This document shows positions 1 through 8,873 of a stretch of DNA of 64,000 nucleotides, one piece after another. The stretch comes from Gammaproteobacteria bacterium (GTDB lineage Bacteria > Pseudomonadota > Gammaproteobacteria > Eutrophobiales > Eutrophobiaceae). The position numbers and the translations under genes were made by a program. Under the pieces are notes generated by a model. It was not told the DNA's origin. It ran no database searches and was given only the letters and a program-made list of their open reading frames with translations. Position 1 is the first letter of the stretch; every line of letters starts with the position of its first letter. Location: positions 4,091-68,090 of the forward strand of contig JAURNW010000035.1 of the NCBI GenBank assembly GCA_030829985.1, written 5' to 3'.

Positions 1-30
1 ATAATAATGGCGGGCGATGAATTTAATAAA

Positions 31-147
31 TGCGGCTAGCGCTGCTGAACCGATAGCATAGCCTTTGGTAACAGCTTTAGTGGTGTTACCTACAGCATTA
101 AGTGGATCAGTAATATTACAGAATTTCTCGTCTGGTTTCTGTTCCAC
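31..147 (-). pseudogene. Remnant of a K+-independent membrane H+-pyrophosphatase gene
   Basis: Manual translation of the minus strand from 147 gives [39 protein letters not shown], matching the mPPase segment ([24 protein letters not shown]). In-frame TAA at 168-166; similarity is lost after position 31; the conserved Asp of PLDAVGN is Asn. Confidence 0.85.
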
Positions 148-185
148 TTCGAATCTCGCAGTGAATTATGACACTACCAGGTATT

Positions 186-216
186 AAAAAAGGGAGTCAA
201 TTGACTCCCTTTTTTT
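186..216. terminator. Rho-independent terminator, symmetric/bidirectional, downstream of hppA
   Basis: AAAAAAGGGAGTCAA-TTGACTCCCTTTTTTT is a perfect inverted repeat flanked by A and T runs, 19 bp past the hppA stop. Confidence 0.85.
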
Positions 217-234
217 CAAACGCTTTTTACTGGC

Positions 235-2361
235 TTATAGCAAGATACCGCCATACTGAACGAAGAATGGTGTGAATACCAAACTCAGAATCGCCGATAG
301 TTTGATAAGGATGTTCAGTGAAGGACCTGAAGTATCTTTCATCGGGTCACCAACAGTATCACCAACAACAGCTGCAGTGTGACAATCCGAACCTTTGCCG
401 CCGTGGTTGCCTGCTTCGATGTATTTCTTGGCATTATCCCAAGCTCCACCACTGTTAGATGATGCGATGGCCAGAACGCCACCAGCAACCAGCGAGCCGA
501 TCAACATGGCCGCTACAGCTTCAACACCGAACAGGAAACCTACAACGAGTGGTGAGCCCATGATCAACACGCCAGGAGCGATCATTTCTTTTAGCGCTGC
601 CTGCGTCGATATCGCTACACACTTCGCGTAGTCAGGTGTGCCCGAGCCGTCCATGATGCCTGGAATCGTCTTGAACTGATGACGCACTTCTTCAATCATG
701 GCAAATGCCGCGGCACCTACCGATTTCATTGTCATAGCAGAGAACAGGAACGGCAGAACCGCACCAATGAAGAGGAAAGTGAAAACCAGAGGCTCTAGCA
801 GGCTCATAGTAATCGGCTCACCGCGCAATGTTTCGGCAGTAGTAATAAAGGCCGCAAACAAAGCGAGTGAAGTCAATATTGCAGCACCGATGGCAAATCC
901 TTTACCAATCGCGGCAGTAGTATTACCAGCAGAGTCTAAGATGTCAGTTCTACGTCTAACTTCTGATTCCAGACCAACCATCTCAGCAATACCGCCTGCG
1001 TTGTCTGCAACAGGCCCGTAAGCATCGATAGTAAGAGTGAGCACTAAGCTACCCAGCATACCTAGAGAGGCGATAGCGATACCGTACATACCCGCAAGCT
1101 CCCAAGAGATGAAGATGCTTATTGCAATAGCTAAGTAAGGAAGAACCGTACTCTTATAGCCGAGTGCAAGACCGTAGATGATGTTGGTAGCAACACCCGT
1201 CTCACAGGACTTGGCGACTTCCTGAACGGGGGCAAATTTTTCGGAGGTGTAGTAACCGGTTAATAAACCAACTGCTAAGCCCGATACCAGACCGGCCAGG
1301 AAGCAGAAATAAACGCCTATATTCGTATAGTCCGCACCGTTTAACACGAAGTTTTCCGGGATCAGAGCAACAGTAACGAAGTACATAACCACTGCCATAA
1401 TGGCGCTGGAGATGATTAGCAGCTTCATTAAAGCAGGAGCAACATCGTCTTCAGTCTTTACGCCAACCAGGAGTTTAGTGAGTAAGGCTATTGGAATACC
1501 TACAGCACTGATCAAAATTGGGAACAGCAATGCATCCGGGTTACCGGCAAAAACTACCGCACTTATAACCATTGCCGCACAGGTGCTTTCTGCACAAGAA
1601 CCGAAAAGGTCAGCGCCCATACCAGCAACATCACCCACGTTGTCGCCAACATTGTCTGCGATTACGGCAGGGTTACGGGGATCATCCTCTGGGATGCCCT
1701 GCTCAACCTTACCTACAAGGTCAGCACCAACGTCTGCTGCCTTAGTGAAGATACCGCCGCCAACTCGTGCGAATAACGCGATTGTAGAACCACCCAGTCC
1801 AAAGCCAGCAATCACTTCCATAAGGATGTGGTTGTTCTCAGGTCCAAGGTCAGCAAGCAAAGTACTCATCACCACATAGATGATAACCAATCCGAGAGTC
1901 GCCAGTCCGACAAGCGCAAATCCCATTACCGCACCAGAGTTAATGGCTACATCGTAAGCTGCGGAAATGTCTTTCTTCGCAGAAACCGTAGTTCGTGCGT
2001 TGCCTTGAGTCGCTACCTTCATGCCAATATAGCCAGAAGCGATGGATATCGCGCCACCGAATAGGAAAGCCATAGCGGTATAGATACCCTCATGGATATC
2101 AGAGGTATGAGTATCGTCGATCAAAATGGCGATAATGGCGGCAAAGACCACCATGAATATCGTCAGGACTTTGTATTCCTGTTTCAAGAAAGCCATGGCT
2201 CCTTCGGCAATAGCGCCGTGGATGAAGGTTAGCTTCTTTGCCTGAGCTTCATCCAGCCCAAGATCAAGTGGTATACTTACAACCTTCTTCATGTAAAAGA
2301 AGGCTATTCCCAAGCCCATCAGCGACAGGATTGTAGTTACCCATATTGTTATGCCTGACAT
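235..2361 (-). CDS. hppA: Membrane-integral ion-pumping pyrophosphatase, K+-dependent, plant/Leptospira-like H+-pumping subfamily
   Basis: Motifs [43 protein letters not shown] and [20 protein letters not shown] (Ala) indicates K+-dependence; DLFGSCAES resembles the plant-type TM6. Confidence 0.95.
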   Translation of the reverse strand: MSGITIWVTTILSLMGLGIAFFYMKKVVSIPLDLGLDEAQAKKLTFIHGAIAEGAMAFLKQEYKVLTIFMVVFAAIIAILIDDTHTSDIHEGIYTAMAFLFGGAISIASGYIGMKVATQGNARTTVSAKKDISAAYDVAINSGAVMGFALVGLATLGLVIIYVVMSTLLADLGPENNHILMEVIAGFGLGGSTIALFARVGGGIFTKAADVGADLVGKVEQGIPEDDPRNPAVIADNVGDNVGDVAGMGADLFGSCAESTCAAMVISAVVFAGNPDALLFPILISAVGIPIALLTKLLVGVKTEDDVAPALMKLLIISSAIMAVVMYFVTVALIPENFVLNGADYTNIGVYFCFLAGLVSGLAVGLLTGYYTSEKFAPVQEVAKSCETGVATNIIYGLALGYKSTVLPYLAIAISIFISWELAGMYGIAIASLGMLGSLVLTLTIDAYGPVADNAGGIAEMVGLESEVRRRTDILDSAGNTTAAIGKGFAIGAAILTSLALFAAFITTAETLRGEPITMSLLEPLVFTFLFIGAVLPFLFSAMTMKSVGAAAFAMIEEVRHQFKTIPGIMDGSGTPDYAKCVAISTQAALKEMIAPGVLIMGSPLVVGFLFGVEAVAAMLIGSLVAGGVLAIASSNSGGAWDNAKKYIEAGNHGGKGSDCHTAAVVGDTVGDPMKDTSGPSLNILIKLSAILSLVFTPFFVQYGGILL

Positions 2362-2561
2362 ATAAATTCCCCTAACTTCTATAAGTTATTGATTTTAAGG
2401 ACAAAATAGTAAAAGAATCACCGACAATGTCCCCTCTGCCTTGCCGGCGCCAAAAAGTGGTGCAGATTGTACTTGCATATCCGACAAGTGCAAAATCTTA
2501 CACACCCTTTTTTGTAATAATTTTTTGAGGTGTTTCAATTAGAAACTGTAATTTCTGAATT

Positions 2562-3071
2562 ATGTCTACTAATCACGGTTTTCCACCTATTGCAGCTCCT
2601 GATGCCCGTATCCTGATTCTTGGATCCATGCCTGGACAAAAGTCGCTCGAGGAAAGCCAATACTATGCACACCCACGCAATAGTTTTTGGCCCATCATCT
2701 TCAATATACTTAAAACAAACAATGAACTAACTTATAACGATCGTAAAACTCTGTTAATAAAAAACAAGATTGCTTTATGGGATGTTTTAAAAAGTTGTTA
2801 TCGTGAAGGTAGTCTTGATACTAATATTGATCAATCCACTATAGAGCCAAATGATTTTGACAGGTTCTTCTCAAAGCATAAACAGGTTACTGTTGTTTTC
2901 TTTAATGGCTCAAAAGCCGAACAGCTTTTTAATAAAAATAGTATAAAGACTCTGAAACAAGCAGAACAAAACCTGTCCTTTTTCAGGTTACCTTCCACTA
3001 GCCCCGCACATGCGTCACTGACATTCGAGCAAAAATTATTGCAATGGGAAGTAATAAAAGGTTTTCTATAA
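2562..3071 (+). CDS. DNA-deoxyinosine (hypoxanthine) glycosylase, UDG superfamily family 6
   Basis: ILGSMPG, QYYAHPRNSFW, FFNG and LPSTSPAHA motifs. Confidence 0.85.
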   Translation: MSTNHGFPPIAAPDARILILGSMPGQKSLEESQYYAHPRNSFWPIIFNILKTNNELTYNDRKTLLIKNKIALWDVLKSCYREGSLDTNIDQSTIEPNDFDRFFSKHKQVTVVFFNGSKAEQLFNKNSIKTLKQAEQNLSFFRLPSTSPAHASLTFEQKLLQWEVIKGFL

Positions 3072-3093
3072 GGCTAGAGCAATCAACAAAAAA

Positions 3094-3939
3094 CTAATGT
3101 GTTTTTAGAGCCTGCTGTTGTTTCCAATTAAACCAGCCCTGTGGCGATATTTTATTCATCAACCTATCAATTGGAGACAATATAAGTAAATTAAAAGCAC
3201 CATGTATTTTCCCTGTCCAGGTTTGACTGGGACATCGCAATGAAATTGCATAGCTAGGCTCATCGTAGACAAAATGGTGCCAGTAGCCACTGGGAATATA
3301 TAATGTTTCTCCTCGTTCAAGCACCACCTTATAACCTTCCACATCCTTTAGGCCAGGAAACTGCTCAAAATCCGGGCGCTCAATATCAACATAGCTTCTA
3401 CAAGTAAATGGATAACCATGTAAATTCTTTCCTTGCTCATAAGGGAACAGATAAACCGTTTTTTTGCCATATAGAGTAGTGTGTAGCACGTGTGACATGT
3501 CGATATCAAAATGCATCTGGGTAACAGAACCCTTGCAACCAAAAAACATAAAAACAAAATTTCGGGATATGCCCTTTAATATAGAGGGAAAGATAATGTC
3601 ATCGACTAATTCCGGAATTTCGGATTTTATATTATAGAGAAACATCCGCAGGTCTTGCTGTTTAGTCACAACTGTATCGATATAGTCCCTAAAGGAGATA
3701 CTCTTCGACTTTGACATGTAATTCTTGCCGGCAGAAACGAAACTTGAGTCATAGACTTTAACTTGTTTATCGCCGTACTGTTCTTTGAAAAAGTCAGGGG
3801 TCCACTTTGTTGATGCCGGCCATGACTTTGCCAGGTCTTTTATTACAAGGGGGCGTAGCGGTTTGAAATAAGATTCTTCGAATTCTTGCTGCTGAATAGA
3901 AGAAACCATTTCAACAGGCTGTAAATCAAGCTCGGGCAT
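3094..3939 (-). CDS. JmjC/Cupin_8 Fe(II)/2-oxoglutarate dioxygenase
   Basis: RPLVI..LA..WPA..KWT N-terminal motif; TQMHFD (HxD), GKK and GETLYIPSGYWHH (distal His). Start moved to ATG 3939 because the longer ORF overlaps the upstream gene. Confidence 0.85.
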   Translation of the reverse strand: MPELDLQPVEMVSSIQQQEFEESYFKPLRPLVIKDLAKSWPASTKWTPDFFKEQYGDKQVKVYDSSFVSAGKNYMSKSKSISFRDYIDTVVTKQQDLRMFLYNIKSEIPELVDDIIFPSILKGISRNFVFMFFGCKGSVTQMHFDIDMSHVLHTTLYGKKTVYLFPYEQGKNLHGYPFTCRSYVDIERPDFEQFPGLKDVEGYKVVLERGETLYIPSGYWHHFVYDEPSYAISLRCPSQTWTGKIHGAFNLLILSPIDRLMNKISPQGWFNWKQQQALKTH

Positions 3940-3964
3940 AACGCAATCTGAGCCGACCGATTGG

Positions 3965-4774
3965 CTATCTGGCAAGAAACTCACTGTAGGTGTGAAGGAT
4001 ATCGGCTTGTTCCCAATGCAAGAAATGCCCTGCACCAGGTATCATCTTGAATTCACAATCAGGAATTCGAGAAGATGCTTTTTCAATATCATGTGGATCC
4101 AGAATCGCGTCAAATTCACCACTTAAGATGAGAGTTGATGCTGTGATGTTACCAAGATCGATAAAGTCCTCAATATCTGAGGCCTGCTCAACGAATTCGC
4201 AATGATCATAAAAACTCAGAAACTGCTCCCGGCTCATGCCGCGGAATTGCTCAATAATCTGCTTCTTATGCGTATCAGGAATATGCTGACCAAATTTTTC
4301 TATCATTAGAGGCGCAATGTCTTCTGTCTTATTTGTGTCAAACAGTTTTTGCCCTTCCTTGATCACTTCAATAACAGCCTTGCTTGGCTTGGCACCATAA
4401 CTACCCAGTATCATCTTATCGACTAACTCCGGGTGACGTGCCGCTAATGCAACAGAAATTATTGTTCCCCAGGATGCAGCGGCGAGAATGACTGTGCCGT
4501 TTCGGTTAGTGGCATTAATAACCTTATGCAACACATCAACCTGCTCATCAAAAGTAATGCCGGGGTTACCAGATAATATCTGACCTCGACCTTGTCCTGG
4601 CAAGTCAAATACGACAACAGAATAGTCAGCAACAAAATGACTGACGAATGAGCGCCAGGCTGCCATTGTTTGTTTGGCGCCACTAATACACACGATAGTC
4701 TTCTCTGCTTCACCATAGATTCGGTAAGGCACTTGAAAACGTCCCGGGCTCAACTCTCCTTTTTCAATTTTCAT
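3965..4774 (-). CDS. Alpha/beta hydrolase, RhlA/PhaG-like 3-hydroxyacyl-ACP acyltransferase/thioesterase
   Basis: Nucleophile elbow AASWG, plus VVVFDLP, ITFDEQVDVL, SGEFD and GAGHFL, collinear with recalled RhlA motifs SASWGG, VVLFDLP, ITKDDEVEIL, NGSWD and GTGHFL. Confidence 0.7.
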   Translation of the reverse strand: MKIEKGELSPGRFQVPYRIYGEAEKTIVCISGAKQTMAAWRSFVSHFVADYSVVVFDLPGQGRGQILSGNPGITFDEQVDVLHKVINATNRNGTVILAAASWGTIISVALAARHPELVDKMILGSYGAKPSKAVIEVIKEGQKLFDTNKTEDIAPLMIEKFGQHIPDTHKKQIIEQFRGMSREQFLSFYDHCEFVEQASDIEDFIDLGNITASTLILSGEFDAILDPHDIEKASSRIPDCEFKMIPGAGHFLHWEQADILHTYSEFLAR

Positions 4775-5169
4775 TCTTTAGGTATTAATTTATATTATTC
4801 TGGGTTTATCTTGGCAGGCAGACTACTAGCGAACATAAGATAACAGTTTAACTTTATAGTGCATTTCCTAATATTATAAAGAAAGTTTACGAAATGTCTC
4901 TACTCTTTTAGGAACTGCTTAGCAATTACTAAATTGCAGATTATCGCTCAAAAACTCAAATCATCTACAAATTGATCGATTTAAAGTGGTTTACAGAGTT
5001 TAAATGATAGTTTAATGCCTGTTTAACCATCTTCTACTGCCTGTTAGCACGATATAAATAATTGCTAATTAACTACAAATATTTCGAGTTAAGCCCCTAA
5101 ACGACCTAAAATATCAGAATATTATCCACCATTCGTTAAATTGACGGTTTTTTATCATGTATTTATTGG

Positions 5170-6789
5170 TTAGGTCAAAATTTGTTCGGAAAGTTTCAAG
5201 GCTTCTAAACGCGATTGTGTAATATGCGTTTCAGGCAATAACTTACTCACTCCAATCTGCCGCAGCACCTTTTCTACTGTTGGGCTGAGGCTACACAATA
5301 CAACATGATCATTATCACTTTTTGCCTTGAGTATGACCTCTTCCAATGCGAAGGAAGCCGTACTATCAATAAAAGGCACGTCGGTGAAATCAATTATGAG
5401 CACATCCTTTTCACGATCTGTCGCCAATAAACGAACGATTCCTTTAGCGGACCCAAAACTCATCGGGCCTTCAATATGAAACAAGACGATTCGTCCACCT
5501 GAACTTTCGAGAATCTCGACTTCTTCATCTGTTAATTCTGTCCAATCACCTGAGCCGCCTACTATTTTCATGCTTGCGGCTTGTGAATCAGACATGCGTT
5601 TTACAAATAGCAGACTGGCCATCACCGTCCCAACCGTAACCGCTGTTATTAGATCGACTAAAACAGTCAAAGAAAATGTTGTAAGCATGATCAAAACACC
5701 TGAACGAGGAGCGCTACGAACACGCTGCAAGTAATTCCAGTCAACGATATTAACGCCGACCTTTAACAAAATCCCGGCGAGTACAGCATGCGGTATATGC
5801 TCAGCAAATGATCCCAGACCTAATACCATCATCAGCAAAATCAGGGCATGTAATGCGCCTGAAACAGGAGTACGTCCACCTGCACGCACATTAACTACTG
5901 TTCGCATAGTTGCCCCGGCGCCCGGTAACCCTCCAAATAAACCACTAACTATATTGCCTATTCCCTGACCAAATAATTCGCGGTCAGACTCATGATGTGT
6001 GCGCGTAATACTGTCTGATATTAATGAGGTTAAGAGCGAATCGATAGAGCCTAAAAATGCCAGCACCAAAGAATACTTAATGATTAAAGCAAACTCATCA
6101 ATCGAAAATACCGGCATTTGTAAAACAGGCAAACCACTTGGTATTTCGCCAATAATTGTTGCATCGTTTAAAAAGAGAACGCCAATAGTTGTGCCTACAA
6201 CTAGAGCAAGCAAAGGGCCGGGAATATAACGGTTAAGTCGTTGTGGAATAAAACACACAATAGCGAGCGCTATTAGACCCAGAATCAAAGCACTGGAATG
6301 TATATTGCTGAACCAGGCAGGCAATGCCAATAAAGATTTCAACGGACTGCCTGATGCAACCTGACCAACAAAAGGAGCTAATTGTAAGATTATAATAATA
6401 CATCCTATACCGCTCATAAATCCTGAAATAACAGGGTAAGGCACTAAATTGATGTAACGGCCAAACTTAAACACACCAAACAATATTTGAAAAACACCAC
6501 CCAACATAACGATGGTAAAGGCTATCGCCGGATTATAGGAAAAATGGACAACGACTGCTGTCATGACGACCGTCATTGGTCCTGTTGGACCGGAAATTTG
6601 TGCCGGTGTACCGCCAAAAATTGCGGCAAAGAAACCCACAATGATCGCACCGTACATCCCGGCGAGAGGTCCGAGCCCAGAAGCAACACCGAAAGCTAAA
6701 GCGAGAGGCAACGCAACTACTGCCGCTGTTAAACCACCGTAAATATCACCGCGCAAATTATCGAATGAAAAATCTTTAATAAAAAGCAT
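5170..6789 (-). CDS. SulP/SLC26 anion transporter, BicA-like (possibly bicarbonate), with STAS domain
   Basis: GDIYGGLTAAVVALPLALAFG, ISGPTGPM, GAGATMRT and a C-terminal STAS (DFTDVPFIDST). Confidence 0.9.
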   Translation of the reverse strand: MLFIKDFSFDNLRGDIYGGLTAAVVALPLALAFGVASGLGPLAGMYGAIIVGFFAAIFGGTPAQISGPTGPMTVVMTAVVVHFSYNPAIAFTIVMLGGVFQILFGVFKFGRYINLVPYPVISGFMSGIGCIIIILQLAPFVGQVASGSPLKSLLALPAWFSNIHSSALILGLIALAIVCFIPQRLNRYIPGPLLALVVGTTIGVLFLNDATIIGEIPSGLPVLQMPVFSIDEFALIIKYSLVLAFLGSIDSLLTSLISDSITRTHHESDRELFGQGIGNIVSGLFGGLPGAGATMRTVVNVRAGGRTPVSGALHALILLMMVLGLGSFAEHIPHAVLAGILLKVGVNIVDWNYLQRVRSAPRSGVLIMLTTFSLTVLVDLITAVTVGTVMASLLFVKRMSDSQAASMKIVGGSGDWTELTDEEVEILESSGGRIVLFHIEGPMSFGSAKGIVRLLATDREKDVLIIDFTDVPFIDSTASFALEEVILKAKSDNDHVVLCSLSPTVEKVLRQIGVSKLLPETHITQSRLEALKLSEQILT

Positions 6790-6834
6790 TACGTTACAAA
6801 CCCGAGATATTTAACGCGGACAAGAAAATAATGT

Positions 6835-7452
6835 TTAAATAACATCATTGATTTTTTCCAACATTGTTTTGGCGTTAAGATAATCTGGATTAATCCGAAT
6901 CTGTTTTTCATCATTAATCAAAAGCAAACCCGGAAAACTATTCAACCTTAAACGTCTGCACTCATTAATTTCCTGTTGCAGTACTTCTTCTGTCGCCAAA
7001 GATTTAATATCCAGTTCAAATTTCTCTTTATCCATGCCCAATTCTTCAGACAGTGTTATCAACGTTGAATAATCAGATGGATTTCTTGCTTGCAGATAAT
7101 ACGCCTTTTGAATCGCAAGCGTGATTTCTTCATCAAACTTTTGTCCCTGGTAGCGCGCGGCAATAACCGCTCGACATGCAGGATAAGTGCTTCGACGTGG
7201 AATGCAATTATTCCAAAAATCATAATTGAATTTGGTTTTCGGGACTTGTCTCTGGATAGCTTGCCAATGTCCTTGCACAAATAAACATGTTTCCTCAGAC
7301 ATAGGTTCTTCATTATCAGGCGCCAAACCACCTAACACACTTATCACTTCTATTTCCTTGGGCAATCCTGACAATAGCGAGAGTAACGACGGCCTGAATG
7401 CCCAACACCAACTGCACATCGGATCATGAGCATAATAAAGTTTTATCGACAC
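6835..7452 (-). CDS. DsbA-family (FrnE-like) thioredoxin-fold protein, no signal peptide
   Basis: YAHDPMCSWCW CxxC motif and cis-Pro motif SFPGL. Confidence 0.85.
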   Translation of the reverse strand: MSIKLYYAHDPMCSWCWAFRPSLLSLLSGLPKEIEVISVLGGLAPDNEEPMSEETCLFVQGHWQAIQRQVPKTKFNYDFWNNCIPRRSTYPACRAVIAARYQGQKFDEEITLAIQKAYYLQARNPSDYSTLITLSEELGMDKEKFELDIKSLATEEVLQQEINECRRLRLNSFPGLLLINDEKQIRINPDYLNAKTMLEKINDVI

Positions 7453-7469
7453 TAAATTTTCTTTACAAA

Positions 7470-8735
7470 TTACAGTTTAAAGTCTGAATTGAGTATTTTT
7501 TCTACCGGCTTGTTTTTAAGCGTCACATATTTTGGCAAGCCTTTTTCGTAGGGAGGATAATCTTCTCCTTCAATCAAAGGACTTAAATAACGCCGACAGG
7601 CTTCGGTAATGCCAAATCCATCTTCAGTAATAAATTCCTTTGGCATCATCTTTTCTACGTTCGCAACATCTTCCAGGTTTGCCTTATCAATCTCCCAAAC
7701 GTAAGGCTCGTCAGATAGTCGTTTTATTATCGGCATCACTGCATTGTCTCCGGCAAGCGCCATCTCTACCGCGGCTTTACCTAAGGCATAAGCTTGATCA
7801 ACATCTGTCTTTGAAGCGATATGTCGAGCGGCGCGCTGTAAATAATCGGCTACGGCCCAATGAAATTTATAACCCAACGCCTCTTTGATCATATTGGCAA
7901 TCACCGGTGCAGCACCACCAAGTTGCGCATGCCCAAAGGCATCTCGCGTTCCCTGTTCCGCCAGAAATTTCCCATCGGGCCAATGCGCCCCCTCGGAAAC
8001 GACTATTGAACAATAACCATATTTTTCGACATTACCTTTAACTTTATTGATAAAGGCATCCTGGTTAAATTCAATCTCGGGAAATAAAATCACCACGGGG
8101 ATATCATGTTGCTCGTCTGACGCTAATCCACCGGCGGCGGCAATCCAACCGGCATGGCGCCCCATTACTTCGAGCACAAAGACCTTGGTAGACGTCTTGG
8201 CCATGGAACAAACATCAAACGAAGCCTCTCGCGTAGATATCGCAATATATTTTGCTACTGACCCAAATCCCGGGCAGACGTCGGTAATTGGCAAATCATT
8301 ATCCACTGTTTTTGGCACATGGATCGCCTGAATCGGGAAACCCATTTTTTCGGATATTTGAGAAACCTTATGACAAGTATCGGCGGAGTCACCACCGCCA
8401 TTATAGAAAAAATAAGCGATATTGTGTGCTTTGAAAACTTCGATGAGGCGTTCATATTGCGCCTTGTTTTCTTCCAGACCTTTCAATTTATAACGACAGG
8501 AGCCGAATGCACCTGACGGCGTATACCTCAAACCAGCAATATCGGCTATCGACTCCTGACTGGTATCGATCAAGTCCTCTGTCAGAGCGCCAATAATGCC
8601 ATTTCGCCCGGCATAAATATTTGCGATTTTGTCTGTATGCTGTCTTGCGGTTTCAATAACACCACATGCACTGGCGTTTATAACTGCGGTAACTCCACCA
8701 GACTGCGCATAGAAAGCATTCTTCGCCGCTGCCAT
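7470..8735 (-). CDS. pfp: Pyrophosphate-dependent 6-phosphofructokinase
   Basis: YAQSGGVTAVIN N-terminus; GGGDS (Asp) and PKTVDND (Lys) PPi-specificity residues; EVMGRHAGW. Confidence 0.88.
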   Translation of the reverse strand: MAAAKNAFYAQSGGVTAVINASACGVIETARQHTDKIANIYAGRNGIIGALTEDLIDTSQESIADIAGLRYTPSGAFGSCRYKLKGLEENKAQYERLIEVFKAHNIAYFFYNGGGDSADTCHKVSQISEKMGFPIQAIHVPKTVDNDLPITDVCPGFGSVAKYIAISTREASFDVCSMAKTSTKVFVLEVMGRHAGWIAAAGGLASDEQHDIPVVILFPEIEFNQDAFINKVKGNVEKYGYCSIVVSEGAHWPDGKFLAEQGTRDAFGHAQLGGAAPVIANMIKEALGYKFHWAVADYLQRAARHIASKTDVDQAYALGKAAVEMALAGDNAVMPIIKRLSDEPYVWEIDKANLEDVANVEKMMPKEFITEDGFGITEACRRYLSPLIEGEDYPPYEKGLPKYVTLKNKPVEKILNSDFKL

Positions 8736-8873
8736 AAGGTATAACTCCTGAAATATGAATTAATTATGAAACTGAACTGTATAAGTTCGGGTCTATATTA
8801 GTTATGTTAAACTGCGAACATAAAGCAAACAAATCATAATGTGTTGCACGGAATTTCAACATAATAATTATTT

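Noticed and set aside
395..2064. Short + strand ORFs inside hppA, and the many similar antisense or nested ORFs across the window
   Set aside because: They lie wholly within well-supported genes and have no recognisable motifs; shadow ORFs.
4775..5169. 395-bp AT-rich non-coding region
   Set aside because: No convincing ORF, repeat, riboswitch or terminal inverted repeat seen; treated as promoter region only.
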